Source: Lama glama | Lineage: Eukaryota | Reading direction: 5' to 3' | DNA length: 64,000 bases | Assembly: GCA_028534125.1 (NCBI GenBank) | Contig: JAPYYK010000086.1 | Span: 1,426,001-1,490,000, forward strand | Program-made: the position numbers and the translations under genes | Part shown: piece by piece, positions 36,329 through 47,085 of the stretch | Numbering within the stretch: position 1 is the stretch's first letter | Layout: each line of letters opens with the position of its first letter | Notes under the pieces: model-generated | Seen by the model: the letters and a program-made list of their open reading frames with translations, nothing else | The model's database searches: none | What the model was told of the DNA's origin: nothing

Positions 36329-36529
36329 AACTTCCTTCGTTGCCAAAATAACAAGACCAACTACAATTTGGTGTGTGAGACGCTGCAGTTTCTGGACTGC
36401 ATTTGTGGAAGCACAACCGGGGGCCTTGGGCTTCTGGGGCTCTACATAAACGAGAAGAACGTGGCCCTCATCAACCAAACCCTGGAAAGTCTGACCGAGT
36501 ACTGCCAAGGACCTTGCCATGAGAACCAG
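36329..36529 (+). CDS. ITPR1: ITPR1 exon (window exon 4): [67 protein letters not shown]
   Basis: Acceptor ctgcag, donor CAG|gtaatt. 201 nt. GGLGLLG (ATP-B motif) at 36419-36439 and TEYCQG. Confidence 0.98.
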
Positions 36530-37719
36530 GTAATTCCATGTTTATTTGGGGTGGGGGAACAAAGGTTTGTCATATTGAAACGTTGTTGACCGTTGCTTAG
36601 CATCTGCCTGTCGACCTAAGGACTCAGTTGAACCGGGGGCCCTTCTGCAGCAGTGAGGAGGGAGTTCTCGGGTTTTATGAAGCTTCAGATGTGACCTAAT
36701 CATGGGCATCCCTGGGTGTCCGTGCCCAGCTTTGTTGGTTTGAATGGTCCAGCTCTAACTGAACTAGGGATACACACTAAAGTTGGAGCTCATAAGACCT
36801 GAAGTCTGGGCTCTGTTTTTAAATTCTGGGAAGTGGCTACTTCATGGAAGGAGGTTTCAACTTAGCTAGAGAGAAAAACCTCACTACACGCGGGACAGCT
36901 TGAAAATAATCTGAGGAGAGGTAGGGCTGAGGCTTTGGCACCACAGACATTGAGAGAAGAAAACAGCCCGTCAGTCTTGACTTAGGCCTCTCAAGAAGTA
37001 TATTTTTGGAGCAGAACCCAGTGGTTTCTTGAGTAGAGTCATTGCTTATCCATGACGTCTTCAAGACTTTGTGAGTTTTTGCACAGATGCTAGAATGAGT
37101 ATGATTTTTCACTCACATTATGGTTACATCCTGGCTGGAGAGGGCAGGCCAGTGCTTACACGGCCCATTGTAAACTCTGGCCAGGGAAGGTGTGGTAGGC
37201 TTTGTTTCTTGGGAAGCAAGGCCAAAACCTTCGCCAAGAGGAGAACGGCTTACGAGAGGGACAACTCGCTGTGTATTAACAACCTGACCTTAGTTGCCCA
37301 CGAGTATGACACTAGCATTTTGTTAGATCCACTTTTCCTCTCCTGGTTTCCAGGCGAGATAGATGGCGTAGTCTGAGTTAAAGTAAAAAGGAACAAAAAA
37401 AATTGACAACAGGTTTGTGGGGAAAGGCTTTATCTGACATCTAAGCGAGTTTCCTTATAACCTCAAGGCAGAGGTCTGTGGAAAGGAGCAGGCTGGAGTG
37501 GCTTCTGCTGCACATGGGGATCTTACCTGGGGGAAGGTGATTGGTTCTGATATCGTGTGAATTAAACAGGAAACTTGCTTTCCAAGCTTGAGCTTTAAGC
37601 CAGAGTATGCAATACGAAAACCAAGTGATGTAGAGAGAATGGAACACACCTTTAAAGGGGAAAAGGCACTCAGAACCCAGAATCAGTCACACACTGTGTT
37701 TTCCCTTAAGAACAAAAGC

Positions 37720-37891
37720 NNNNNNNNNNNNNNNNNNNNNNNNNNNNNNNNNNNNNNNNNNNNNNNNNNNNNNNNNNNNNNNNNNNNNNNNNNNNNNNNN
37801 NNNNNNNNNNNNNNNNNNNNNNNNNNNNNNNNNNNNNNNNNNNNNNNNNNNNNNNNNNNNNNNNNNNNNNNNNNNNNNNNNNNNNNNNNNN
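37720..37891. other. Assembly gap (172 N)
   Basis: Run of n, ending 81 nt upstream of exon 5. Confidence 1.
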
Positions 37892-37972
37892 GCCTCGTGT
37901 TGAAATAGCAGCTCAGCATGCTGGCCTTTGACGTCTGATTTATGACCAGTGTCCGTGTGTCTCTTTTCTCAG

Positions 37973-38083
37973 AACTGCATAGCCACCCATGAATCCAATG
38001 GCATTGACATCATCACAGCCCTGATCCTTAATGACATCAACCCTCTGGGGAAGAAGAGGATGGACCTTGTGCTGGAACTGAAG
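37973..38083 (+). CDS. ITPR1: ITPR1 exon (window exon 5): [37 protein letters not shown]
   Basis: Acceptor ctcttttctcag. 111 nt. Frame continuity with the next exon (LK|NNASKLL) requires the non-canonical donor AAG|gcaagt. Confidence 0.95.
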
Positions 38084-40313
38084 GCAAGTAGGAACTGAAA
38101 GCAAAAGACAGTAGTAGCCTTCGGAAGGAGTCGCTTTTGTGTGTTGCCGCCACACGTGACACGGTCAGTGTTGTGCAACTAAATATAAAAGACTGTTCTT
38201 TGAAACTAAATGAATGAGACACATAGCAAGTTCTGACTAAAATGCAGAACTTCGGTGTTTCCCTTCCCACCCTTAGGACAGGCTACCAGCTCTTCAGTCT
38301 CAGGTCACAGGAATGAGAGCTCATCACTCAAACTTCAGACGCGCGTCTGAACAGCAATCCAAGAACTCAGAGCCTTGATTCTGAAAGCCACAGCCAGAGA
38401 AACAGTGGGAACTCCACTCCCTCTGTGGTCTCTGACTTTACTCCCATTGAGGAAAAAGGGCCGGGTTGAAGAATAGTAGCAGTAAACCTATCTAGGACCA
38501 AAAAAAATTCTATTTGTACATTATCAGGGAAGATCTTTTTTCTGTTCTGTTGTTGATTTAGCAGAAGGGAGGTTCCTAAATGTTGGGTTAAAATAGGGAA
38601 GGTTACACTAGCCAGTATCGTGCCTCCAGGCCTCTGATGAGTTTCTTTGCATCGTGTACAATCAGTGGATGACAGATGACTAATGTAGAAACACCGTCGA
38701 CCTGCTGACTCTCTCGAGTACCAAAATAGTTTTATGGGGTGAAAGCAGTGACTTCAAGGTGCTTAAGCTGCTGGGTTTACAGTCCGGCCTCTTGGCTATT
38801 TGAGAAGCTGGTACACCACCCCCAATGTTGACTTCTCGAGCATACCAAAATAAATGATTTAAAAAATAAAAATAAACAAACAAAAGACCCTCCCTCTTAC
38901 TGAGGGGTTCCAAAGATTCTCTAAGGGTCCACAGATTCAATTCTGAGAATTGAACTGGGAGCCCATCCTGGTGCCTAAAGTGTATTTTGAAACGTGTGAG
39001 CTTCCCTGAGCGCATTTCCTTCCTCGCTGTTCACATGTTGGGGCACGATGAGATCTGCCCTGCATCTTAGCCCAGACGCAGCACTGAGCCCTTTATCCCT
39101 GTTGTGGAAGAGCCTGGAACTACAGGGTTCAGCCAAAAAGTCGATCTGTATTTATGGCATCTCTGATGTTGTAGGAAAGGAAGGTCATTAGGGAAGGTGA
39201 TACCACGGAAACCCACAGGAACAGCACATTTGTTTCTGTTTTGATTTTTGTGTGTCAAACTGAGAGTCCAAACTCATAGTTGGTTGGGGCGCATAGTTTA
39301 AATGGAATTTTTTAATTTTTAATTTTTTTGTTGCTATTTTTAACTCCTCTTTTAACAAATCATGTTGTAGAAGCAACCCAAAGATCATTCAAGCTCCTGT
39401 CCCTGGCTCCCATTTATCAGACTGTCTGTGCTGAGAGCCTGAAAGAAACTGAGAATTTCTTGCACTCCTGGTCAGCATTTCAGTGGCTTTTTCACCTAAT
39501 CCAGTAGGTTATTATAGAAATTTCTGCCTTGTGAAAAGCCACCATTTGATAGCACAGCCACACAACTGAACTGCTGTGATCTGTGCTTGAGGAGGAAAAA
39601 TACCCTTCTCACCCAAAAGAGTAAGTGTGGAGTCTCAGACACAAAGAAGCATGCAGATGGCCATAGGTCTGGGGCCTAAAGTGATCTCAAGCCAAGACGT
39701 GCAGGGTGTGGGCCCATGACAACTTTGAAAGTAATGAGAAAGTATGGTTTGGCAAGGACACCGTCCTCCCTTGGATCACTTTTGTTAACTGGTGTCGGCT
39801 GTATTCTCATAATAATATGAGGGGTTAGGAGAGCTAATAGCAGTATTTCAAGACAGGGGGGAGTTAGCCTCATTGCCTGCCTTCTCTGGCCTGCAAGACT
39901 GAATAACGGTGTTTGTAATCACCCACCTCTGCCCCCTGGAGGGCGTCATGGGTCTAAACAGCAGGTGCTTCCTGACCACTGTCGTCATGAGGGCCACAGC
40001 AGACCCGTAAGCACCCACGTTTCAATGTCCAGTTTCCACCAGGACGCGTACCAAGTAACATTATGGAGCAGCTATGCCCAAATAGGTGCCTCTTTGACCC
40101 TCTTGGATCAGATTCTGCGGAAAGATCTTGGGGGTCTAAGTGGCACGGTCTCTGTAGGGTGAGGCTGGTTTGGGACACCCATGACCCTCCTGTGGGGCAG
40201 ACCTTCTGTCTGTTTAGCCGGGATGCAGCCCTCGGTGAGCAGGGCCGGTGACTCAGGGCAGCCGCCCCCAGCAGCGCCTCTCCATTTCCCCCTCCCTTTG
40301 TGTCTCCAATCAG
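38084..40313 (+). other. GC-AG intron of ITPR1
   Basis: Begins gcaagt after exonic AAG, ends aatcag. Required for reading-frame continuity. Confidence 0.9.
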
Positions 40314-40409
40314 AACAACGCTTCGAAGCTGCTCCTGGCCATCATGGAGAGCAGGCACGACAGCGAAAACGCCGAGCGGATACTCTACAACATGCGGCCG
40401 AAGGAGCTG
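40314..40409 (+). CDS. ITPR1: ITPR1 exon (window exon 6): [32 protein letters not shown]
   Basis: Acceptor aatcag, donor CTG|gtgagc. 96 nt. Contains the conserved Ca2+-sensor Glu of AIMESRH (codon 40347-40349). Confidence 0.98.
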
Positions 40410-42788
40410 GTGAGCCGGGTGGCGGGCCCCTGGCCGCGGCACCAAGCGCAGGCGGTCGGCTTCCTTGAGCTTCCTTAACAATGCCGACAATCCGAAGTGT
40501 AAAGAGAACATCAGATTGAGGCCTCTGACTAGGGTAGAGAAGTCAGGCCTGCGTTGAATAAGTGTCCTCTGCCTTCGGCATGGCCGCACCTGGAAGCCTG
40601 GCTCGCCCGTTTCCCTCCCGGGGGGCAGCAGGGACCAGGTCTGGGAGCCCGTGACTGGCACGCACATCCCTCGCTCCGCCCCTTTTCTGGGTCACCCTGG
40701 CACGCACGGGAACTCCCTGAGCCGCGGGCGGTGATAACGTCACCCAGTCCAGAGGGCTGCTGCGTAGACTGGCCAGGAGGATCCCACGGCGCCCTTAGCC
40801 CGGTGCCCGCGGTGACCCGCCTGAGTGCAGTGCCACCTCCTCTCACTGCCCACTCGCGGCTCTGTTTGCCGTGTCTTTGTCCAGGACTCAAGAATTCACA
40901 TCTCTTCTTGCTGCCGATAGTCTGGGCAGCAGAAGAGTGTTTCGGGGGTGCCGATGTTTTAGGGTTTTTTTTTTTTTTAAAGAAAACACAATCCTGTTTA
41001 ATTTCTTCGGGGTGTTGTTCACAATTGCCAGTGACTTCCAGGCAGGGAGTCAGGGCTGCGAACCGTGAGATAGGAGCTATCAGAGACGGTGAACCGAGCT
41101 GAGGACCGAGCTCTGTTTGGACTTTTTCCCACGCAAATAAACCTTAACTGACAGACCTAAATGAGGGCACTAAAACTTCCCTGCCGCCTGGCGATCCGGG
41201 TGCACTCGAGGCCGGGCTCAAGTCCCTTTATGTGCTCCTTTAAATAAAGTTAGCAGCCAGCCAGTGCTTTGATCTCCCAGGTCAGGAGTGAGTTCTCAGC
41301 CTGGGATGGAAAGTCCTCTCTGAGTTTACGTAACAGCTTATGTAACTGCGGCTGGGGGACTGGCGAGCCCAGGATCGGCTGCACTCGAGGGGGCACTGAG
41401 TGACTTTGCAGAGACCCCACTCCTGTTCCCAGGAGCACACCCCAGGCTTGGGTGAGGGAAACAGCAGCACCCAGGGCTCTGGGTGCCACCGGCCCCCAGG
41501 TCGCCCCCTTGTGGTTGAATAGTATCATTCCCAGCTGATGGGGAGGAGTCTAAGGCTTCTTGGACCAAACTCGGTTCTGAGAACCCACGTAGCGGAGATG
41601 TTCTTGTGTCCGGAACATGTGTGTACATATGTGTGCACGTGTAACGTGTGTATTTCTGGCCCCCACGTCTGTTCAGTCTGGTATTAGAAAACAAACTCAG
41701 CAAGGGTCTTGCCTTTAAAATTATTTCCAGGGCCTGACCTGGTGTGAGTACAGAAGCATGTGGCCCTCTGCATGCTTGATCCGGGATAATGAGAAATAAT
41801 TCAGGGTAATGGCCTCGTGGCAGTGCAGGAAGCAGAAACGCCTTCTGAATCATCAAAGAAAATAATTAATTTTTAGTACAACTTAGGGGTTGGAGGCACT
41901 GTGTTCTTGTTCTTGGAATGATTAAATCTTGAATGGTATGTTTGTTTGATAAATACTGGCCGGGCCCTGCTTTCTCCGGGATGTTGTGCTGGGCATCATG
42001 GAGGGACTGAGAAATGGGCAGAGCCTCCCTGCTCGGGGAGCGGAGATAGTGGGAGCAGGACGGCGGGCGCAGGAATGCTGGAGGTAACGTGCTCTCAGCG
42101 TGAGACGGTGAGGTCAAAGCTCAGCTCAGCAGCCGTGTGAACAGAGGAACACCCTTTTACCTCCCCAAGTCTGCTTCCTCATCCATAATCAGTGGGAGTC
42201 TTTGACACCTCATAAAATGTTTATGAGCCTCAAATATTCTGAAACAATGACAAAATACTGAACACGGAGCTTGGCACAATGTTGGTCAACGTCACTGGTT
42301 AATGGTACTCTTTATGTAGAGTAGGTTGTGGGGGACAGGAGAAAATCTGGAGTCAGAAAATAGTTTCACCAGCTCTTCTTAAAGGCTGATGGCTTTCTAA
42401 AGTGGCAGGGTAGCAGGTGGGAAAAGTCGGGACCAAGTAGAGGGAGAGAAGTCTGGCTTCTGGCCTTCTTTTTATCATATTGTTGTTCGTGGGCACTTTA
42501 CTAGCCATCGTCCCCTTCTAACGTGGAAGGACATGAGCATCCAGACAGTGTCTCTTGGTCTAAGGGAGAGCACCTGGGTTTCACTCCTCATGTCGGTGCA
42601 GGTTCACTGGCAGCAACTGCCTGTGATCGTGTTGAGAAGGATTCTAAGGCTGTGTGCACTCCTGGTAGAAACGTGAACTGAGCAGCGTCTGCCGCGAAGG
42701 GGAGGTACATAGTGTCTGTGTTGTTGTTGCCAGTCCCGTGTGGGTCTTCCTTGAAACGGGAGCTTTGTTCTCTTGGCCCTTCTTGCAG

Positions 42789-42911
42789 GTGGAAGTGATC
42801 AAGAAAGCCTACATGCAGGGCGAAGTGGAGTTTGAGGATGGAGAGAACGGCGAGGATGGAGCCGCCTCCCCCAGGAACGTGGGGCACAACATCTACATCT
42901 TGGCGCACCAG
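42789..42911 (+). CDS. ITPR1: ITPR1 exon (window exon 7): [41 protein letters not shown]
   Basis: Acceptor ttcttgcag, donor CAG|gtacga. 123 nt. Confidence 0.98.
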
Positions 42912-43939
42912 GTACGACCTCTGCCCCGGGCACCCTGCCAGGCGTGCAGTGCCAGAAGTCCACGCTGGGTGTGCCCGAGACTTGGTTTTCCTTTGAGGTT
43001 TTAACCAGGGGTGGTTTGGGCTTACGGGCACTACTGGCCACCTGACCCAGTGTCCTGAGATCTCAGGCATTCCGTTTTTCCACTCCGGTGGGGTCATGTC
43101 CTTGGAAACCCCCACATCTGTTAAAAGCGTTCCCCCTGAGCAGTGATACTTGCGGAGTTTATGATTGTGCCTCAAGACAGTTGAAAGGAGGCTTAGTCTG
43201 TTCGTAAATATTGAGGAGTCTATCTTAACAATCTAAAGAAATAAACCTCAGCTGCCTGGCCTATCGCACTTGGAAATCTTTGGGAACTTGTCATGATGAC
43301 TTCTTTTTGTTTGCCTTTTGAGCGATGTAGTAATACTTCTTACCCTGGCACCAAAATGCCCTGTTTCATAACTCTCTTCCCAAGTGGCTGGGCTTTTGAA
43401 GACACTTCCTCTTTCTGGAGGTTGACGTGCCTTGAGCGGGCTGTGTGTGTGGGCAGTGGTGGCTGCTGCAGGCTGGTGCTTCCTGTCCCGGGCACCCCGC
43501 TTAGGTAGAGGCGTGAGATGTAAGCCATGATGGTACCAGGCCGGAGGGTGGCGGTCCCTGGAGGCAGACTAGAAAACTGTCTCCTGCCCTTGATCTCGTC
43601 TGTTCCTGGCATGGAGCCACTGAGCAGTCTCGGGACATTCCAAACAGAGGCTCTGTGAGGCTGAACAGGAAACCCCACCCCCCTCCCGCCTGGCTAAAGA
43701 CTTCGGGGGAAGGTGGGACCTCTCGTGAGCAGGCGTTGTCCGTGCTGCTCTGCCAAGTGCCCAGAATCGCATCTGTGCAGCGCGCACCTTGATGGAAAGC
43801 AGTGGGCTCCTGCCCCGCCCACCACCTCTAGCTTTGCCTTGGTTATTCTGCGTCTTTTATACCCAGAACGGGAAAGGGGCTTGTATGTTCCTGTTGCAAA
43901 GAGATGTCGACTCCCCTGTTTTCTGTACTTGTGTTCTAG

Positions 43940-44044
43940 CTGGCTCGGCATAACAAGGAACTTCAGACCATGCTGAAGCCTGGTGGCCAGGTGGATGGAG
44001 ACGAAGCTCTGGAGTTTTATGCCAAGCACACGGCCCAGATAGAG
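43940..44044 (+). CDS. ITPR1: ITPR1 exon (window exon 8): [35 protein letters not shown]
   Basis: Acceptor gtgttctag, donor GAG|gtaaaa. 105 nt. Not in the supplied ORF track in this frame; translated by hand. Confidence 0.97.
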
Positions 44045-46419
44045 GTAAAAGCAGAGTAGACACCGGGCTTGGGCGTGCGGCGCCTCAGGCTAGGGCTGGG
44101 CTGGGCTTGCCTTCAGTCATTCATCTGAGCTATAAAGATGCGGCGAGACAGTCTTGAGGCCTACTTAAAGCCTTGTAAGGAGGCAGACACAGAGCAGGTC
44201 CACATGAGAAGACGCGTTACAAGTTCCAACCAGGCCATGAGGGCAAGCAGAGGTGTTGTGAGGAGGTCCAGCAGGGGGCCTGCCAGGGACTACAGTGGTC
44301 AGGTCTGAACAGAGAGACCTCAGCACAGACCTTAAGGAAAACAGGAATGAACGGTCAGAGCCCGGAGGGAGGATCTCTGGGAGACAGGGAGTCATGGCAG
44401 GCTGAGGCCCTGGGGGGAGGCAAGAGTGGGGAGCTGGAATTGAGTGAGCTTAAGGGAGAGCAGCACACAGTCAGAAAGGCAGGTAGGCAGCCCCGAGCCT
44501 GCAGCATCCTGTCAGCCATCTGCGTCCCAAGTCTGGACTTGACCCTGGCAACACTGTCTAGAGTTTTACACAGACGAGCGATAGGACCAGATCTGCATTT
44601 GCAGGACACACACATAACAGACCGCCCTCATCCTCTGGGAGCCCGGTGGGATTGTTTCCGTCTTGCAGATGGGAAAACTCCGAAGTAGGACTCAGGGAGG
44701 TTGTGTTGCTTATCTAGTTATCAGTGGTGGGGCTGCAATTTCCATCCAGGTCAGGGTAACCCAGAGCCCATGGGTACTTTTTATGTGACCTATGTTGTCT
44801 CCTAGGGGCCGGGAGAACACAGACTTAGGTCTGCAGGCTCTGGGCAATGAGGGATGGTATATTCTGTTTGGCTAAGGAGGAAATGTACAAATTCATGATC
44901 GGAGTCAGAACAGAGATACTGAAGACCCCTGGGGCCCCATGAGATGTTCAGGCTGGAGACTTCTAAGAGTATATCCTTGCTCGATGTCTCAGGTCTTTGG
45001 GCTGTCCTAATAAAATGCATCATTTCACTGATTATATTTGACCATAACAGTGTGTGTGAACACATATTCCTGATTTATTGTGACTGACTAGAATGGCCAT
45101 GGTCAGTGGTGATGGAAGGGCCAGCTCTGTCCTCTGGAGCGCTTAGAAGACAAGCTTCAGGGGTTCACGGTGTGGAACGCCAGGGGAGAAGGAGCCTTGG
45201 TTCCCAGGGCGGCAGACTGAAGCAGGAGGCTGAGAGACGTGAGCAAGTTCACCCAGCCCGTTAGAGGTCGGAGAAGCACTGAGATGGATTCTGATTTCCA
45301 ATTGGAAGTTTACTGAAAAAGAGGCATGGGTCCATCTTCAAGGATGGAGAGAAGAGGCCAGGCATGGTGTCCCGAAATCCTGTTCCTTGCAGCCTTTATC
45401 TTCCAGTTTCCCAGGGAATGACCTGTGCGGAGCCAGAGAGCACTGTCGCTCCCTGGGGCTCCTGCAGACCCTGGTGCCTTCACTCTGGTGACTTGGGCTG
45501 GGCAGCCCTGGAGTCTGGTCATTAGTTCTTGGCAGGAAGCCTCCTGTCTTCTCCTCCATTGCCTCCTGAGCCCAGCCACACTTCTCAGATCCCATTCCTT
45601 CCATATCAGGAGGGACTGATCCAAAGCCCACGTGACTGTGAAGCAGGCCTCCTCTTGACAGCAGAAGGCTACCGGGTTGGTCCCTAAGCCTGTGTGTGCA
45701 CCAGCGTTACCAACCCCAGCTCCACGGTTCCAGTTAAATGAGGTTGGCTTATGAACCATTGTCGGTATGATAAGGAAGCTTCCGTAACCTGAGCTTCACC
45801 TTGATTTGGAAACCACTGGTCCAGAGTCTCCCAGAATTTATGGAGGCAGAGCTGTGGGAACCTGTCTGACCTCTAAGAGAGTTTCCCATTACTTGACCTG
45901 AGTCACCTCTCTGGCTGCATTGGGAACAGTGCTGAGAGAATGTGGCCCAGGTCTTCTAGTAGAGGGCATTACCCTGGGCCTCCCCTGGCTTCTCTAGGCT
46001 CTGGGGAGGAAGACTCGAGAGAGGCCAAGCCCCTTCCCTACTGCAGCCTGGACCCCTTTTGAAATCTGTCCCCCCAGGAGTGTGACTCAGTGCAGTGTCC
46101 TAAAATTTGAATGATCTCAACCAGACTCCTCTTTCTGGGGATCGAGGCAGTCTAGGAAGGGCACGGAGGAAGCCTGTGAGGTGTCCACCCCGGGGCCCAG
46201 AAAAGCTCATTTAAAGAACAGTGAGAGCTGTTGCTACAGCATCCAGCGGGCGATGGGTTCGTGCGTCGTACGTGTTTGATGCTACGACAAGTCAGAAGTA
46301 GGAGGTCGCTGCAACCGAATAAACCACAGATCTCCTTTTAAAGTTCCTAGCAAGTAAAAGTAACCCAGTTTTGAGCTCTGAGACAGGGTGTTAGGTGAGA
46401 TTTGTCCCACAGCCTAGCG

Positions 46420-46595
46420 CCGCCCTGTCCCATAGGATGGCCACTAGCCACATTTGGCTGTTTACATCCAAATTGTACTAGCCACACGTGCCCGGACTCA
46501 GTGGCCACAGGTGACCAGTGACTCTCCGTTTGGACAAGGCAGCCACACAGATACAGAACCATTCCCTCATTACAGAAAGTTCTGTTGGACAGCCC
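46420..46595 (-). mobile_element. MER3/MER33-like hAT-Charlie DNA transposon
   Basis: gccactagccacatttggctg...cattacagaaagttctgttggacagc, with degenerate TIRs ctgtccca / ttggacag. Confidence 0.75.
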
Positions 46596-46892
46596 AGAGC
46601 CTCATCTGAATATGTACACAAAACACACTTTAAGTTGTTCCAGATAAAACGTAGTCACAGTAAAACGAATGGGTCTGAAGTTAGAGAAATAATCTTATAG
46701 ACTTACCAAAACTGTGTTCTGTGGAGCTGTAGGAGACACAGCCCAGTCTGGGGATTAGGTAATCAGAGAAGACCTCAGAGCAGACCTGTTACTAGCCCTG
46801 GTCTTGAACACTGAGCCCATGGCTGCTGCAGAGAGCCTGAGTAAAGGGTTTTTGAAGATAACTATTTAACCTCATCCATGTCTTCACCCTAG

Positions 46893-47085
46893 ATTGTCAG
46901 ATTAGACCGAACCATGGAGCAGATCGTGTTCCCCGTGCCCAGTATATGTGAATTCCTAACCAAGGAGTCAAAACTCCGAATATACTACACTACCGAGAGG
47001 GACGAGCAAGGCAGCAAGATCAACGACTTCTTCCTGCGGTCCGAGGACCTCTTCAACGAGATGAACTGGCAGAAGAAGCTGAGAG
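46893..47085 (+). CDS. ITPR1: ITPR1 exon (window exon 9): [64 protein letters not shown]
   Basis: Acceptor cttcaccctag, donor GAG|gtgggt. 193 nt, phase 0 to 1. Confidence 0.98.

Noticed and set aside
37720-37891. Missing ITPR1 exon hidden in an assembly gap (also 16843-17062)
   Set aside because: The protein is continuous across flanking exons (HENQ|NCIATH and TTIQ|HSFFCR), so no constitutive exon is missing.
39954-40667. 237-aa minus-strand ORF
   Set aside because: Antisense shadow of GC-rich exon 6 and its flanks. No recognisable domain or gene structure.
42588-43175. 195-aa minus-strand ORF
   Set aside because: Antisense to exon 7. Such open frames are common opposite codon-biased exons.
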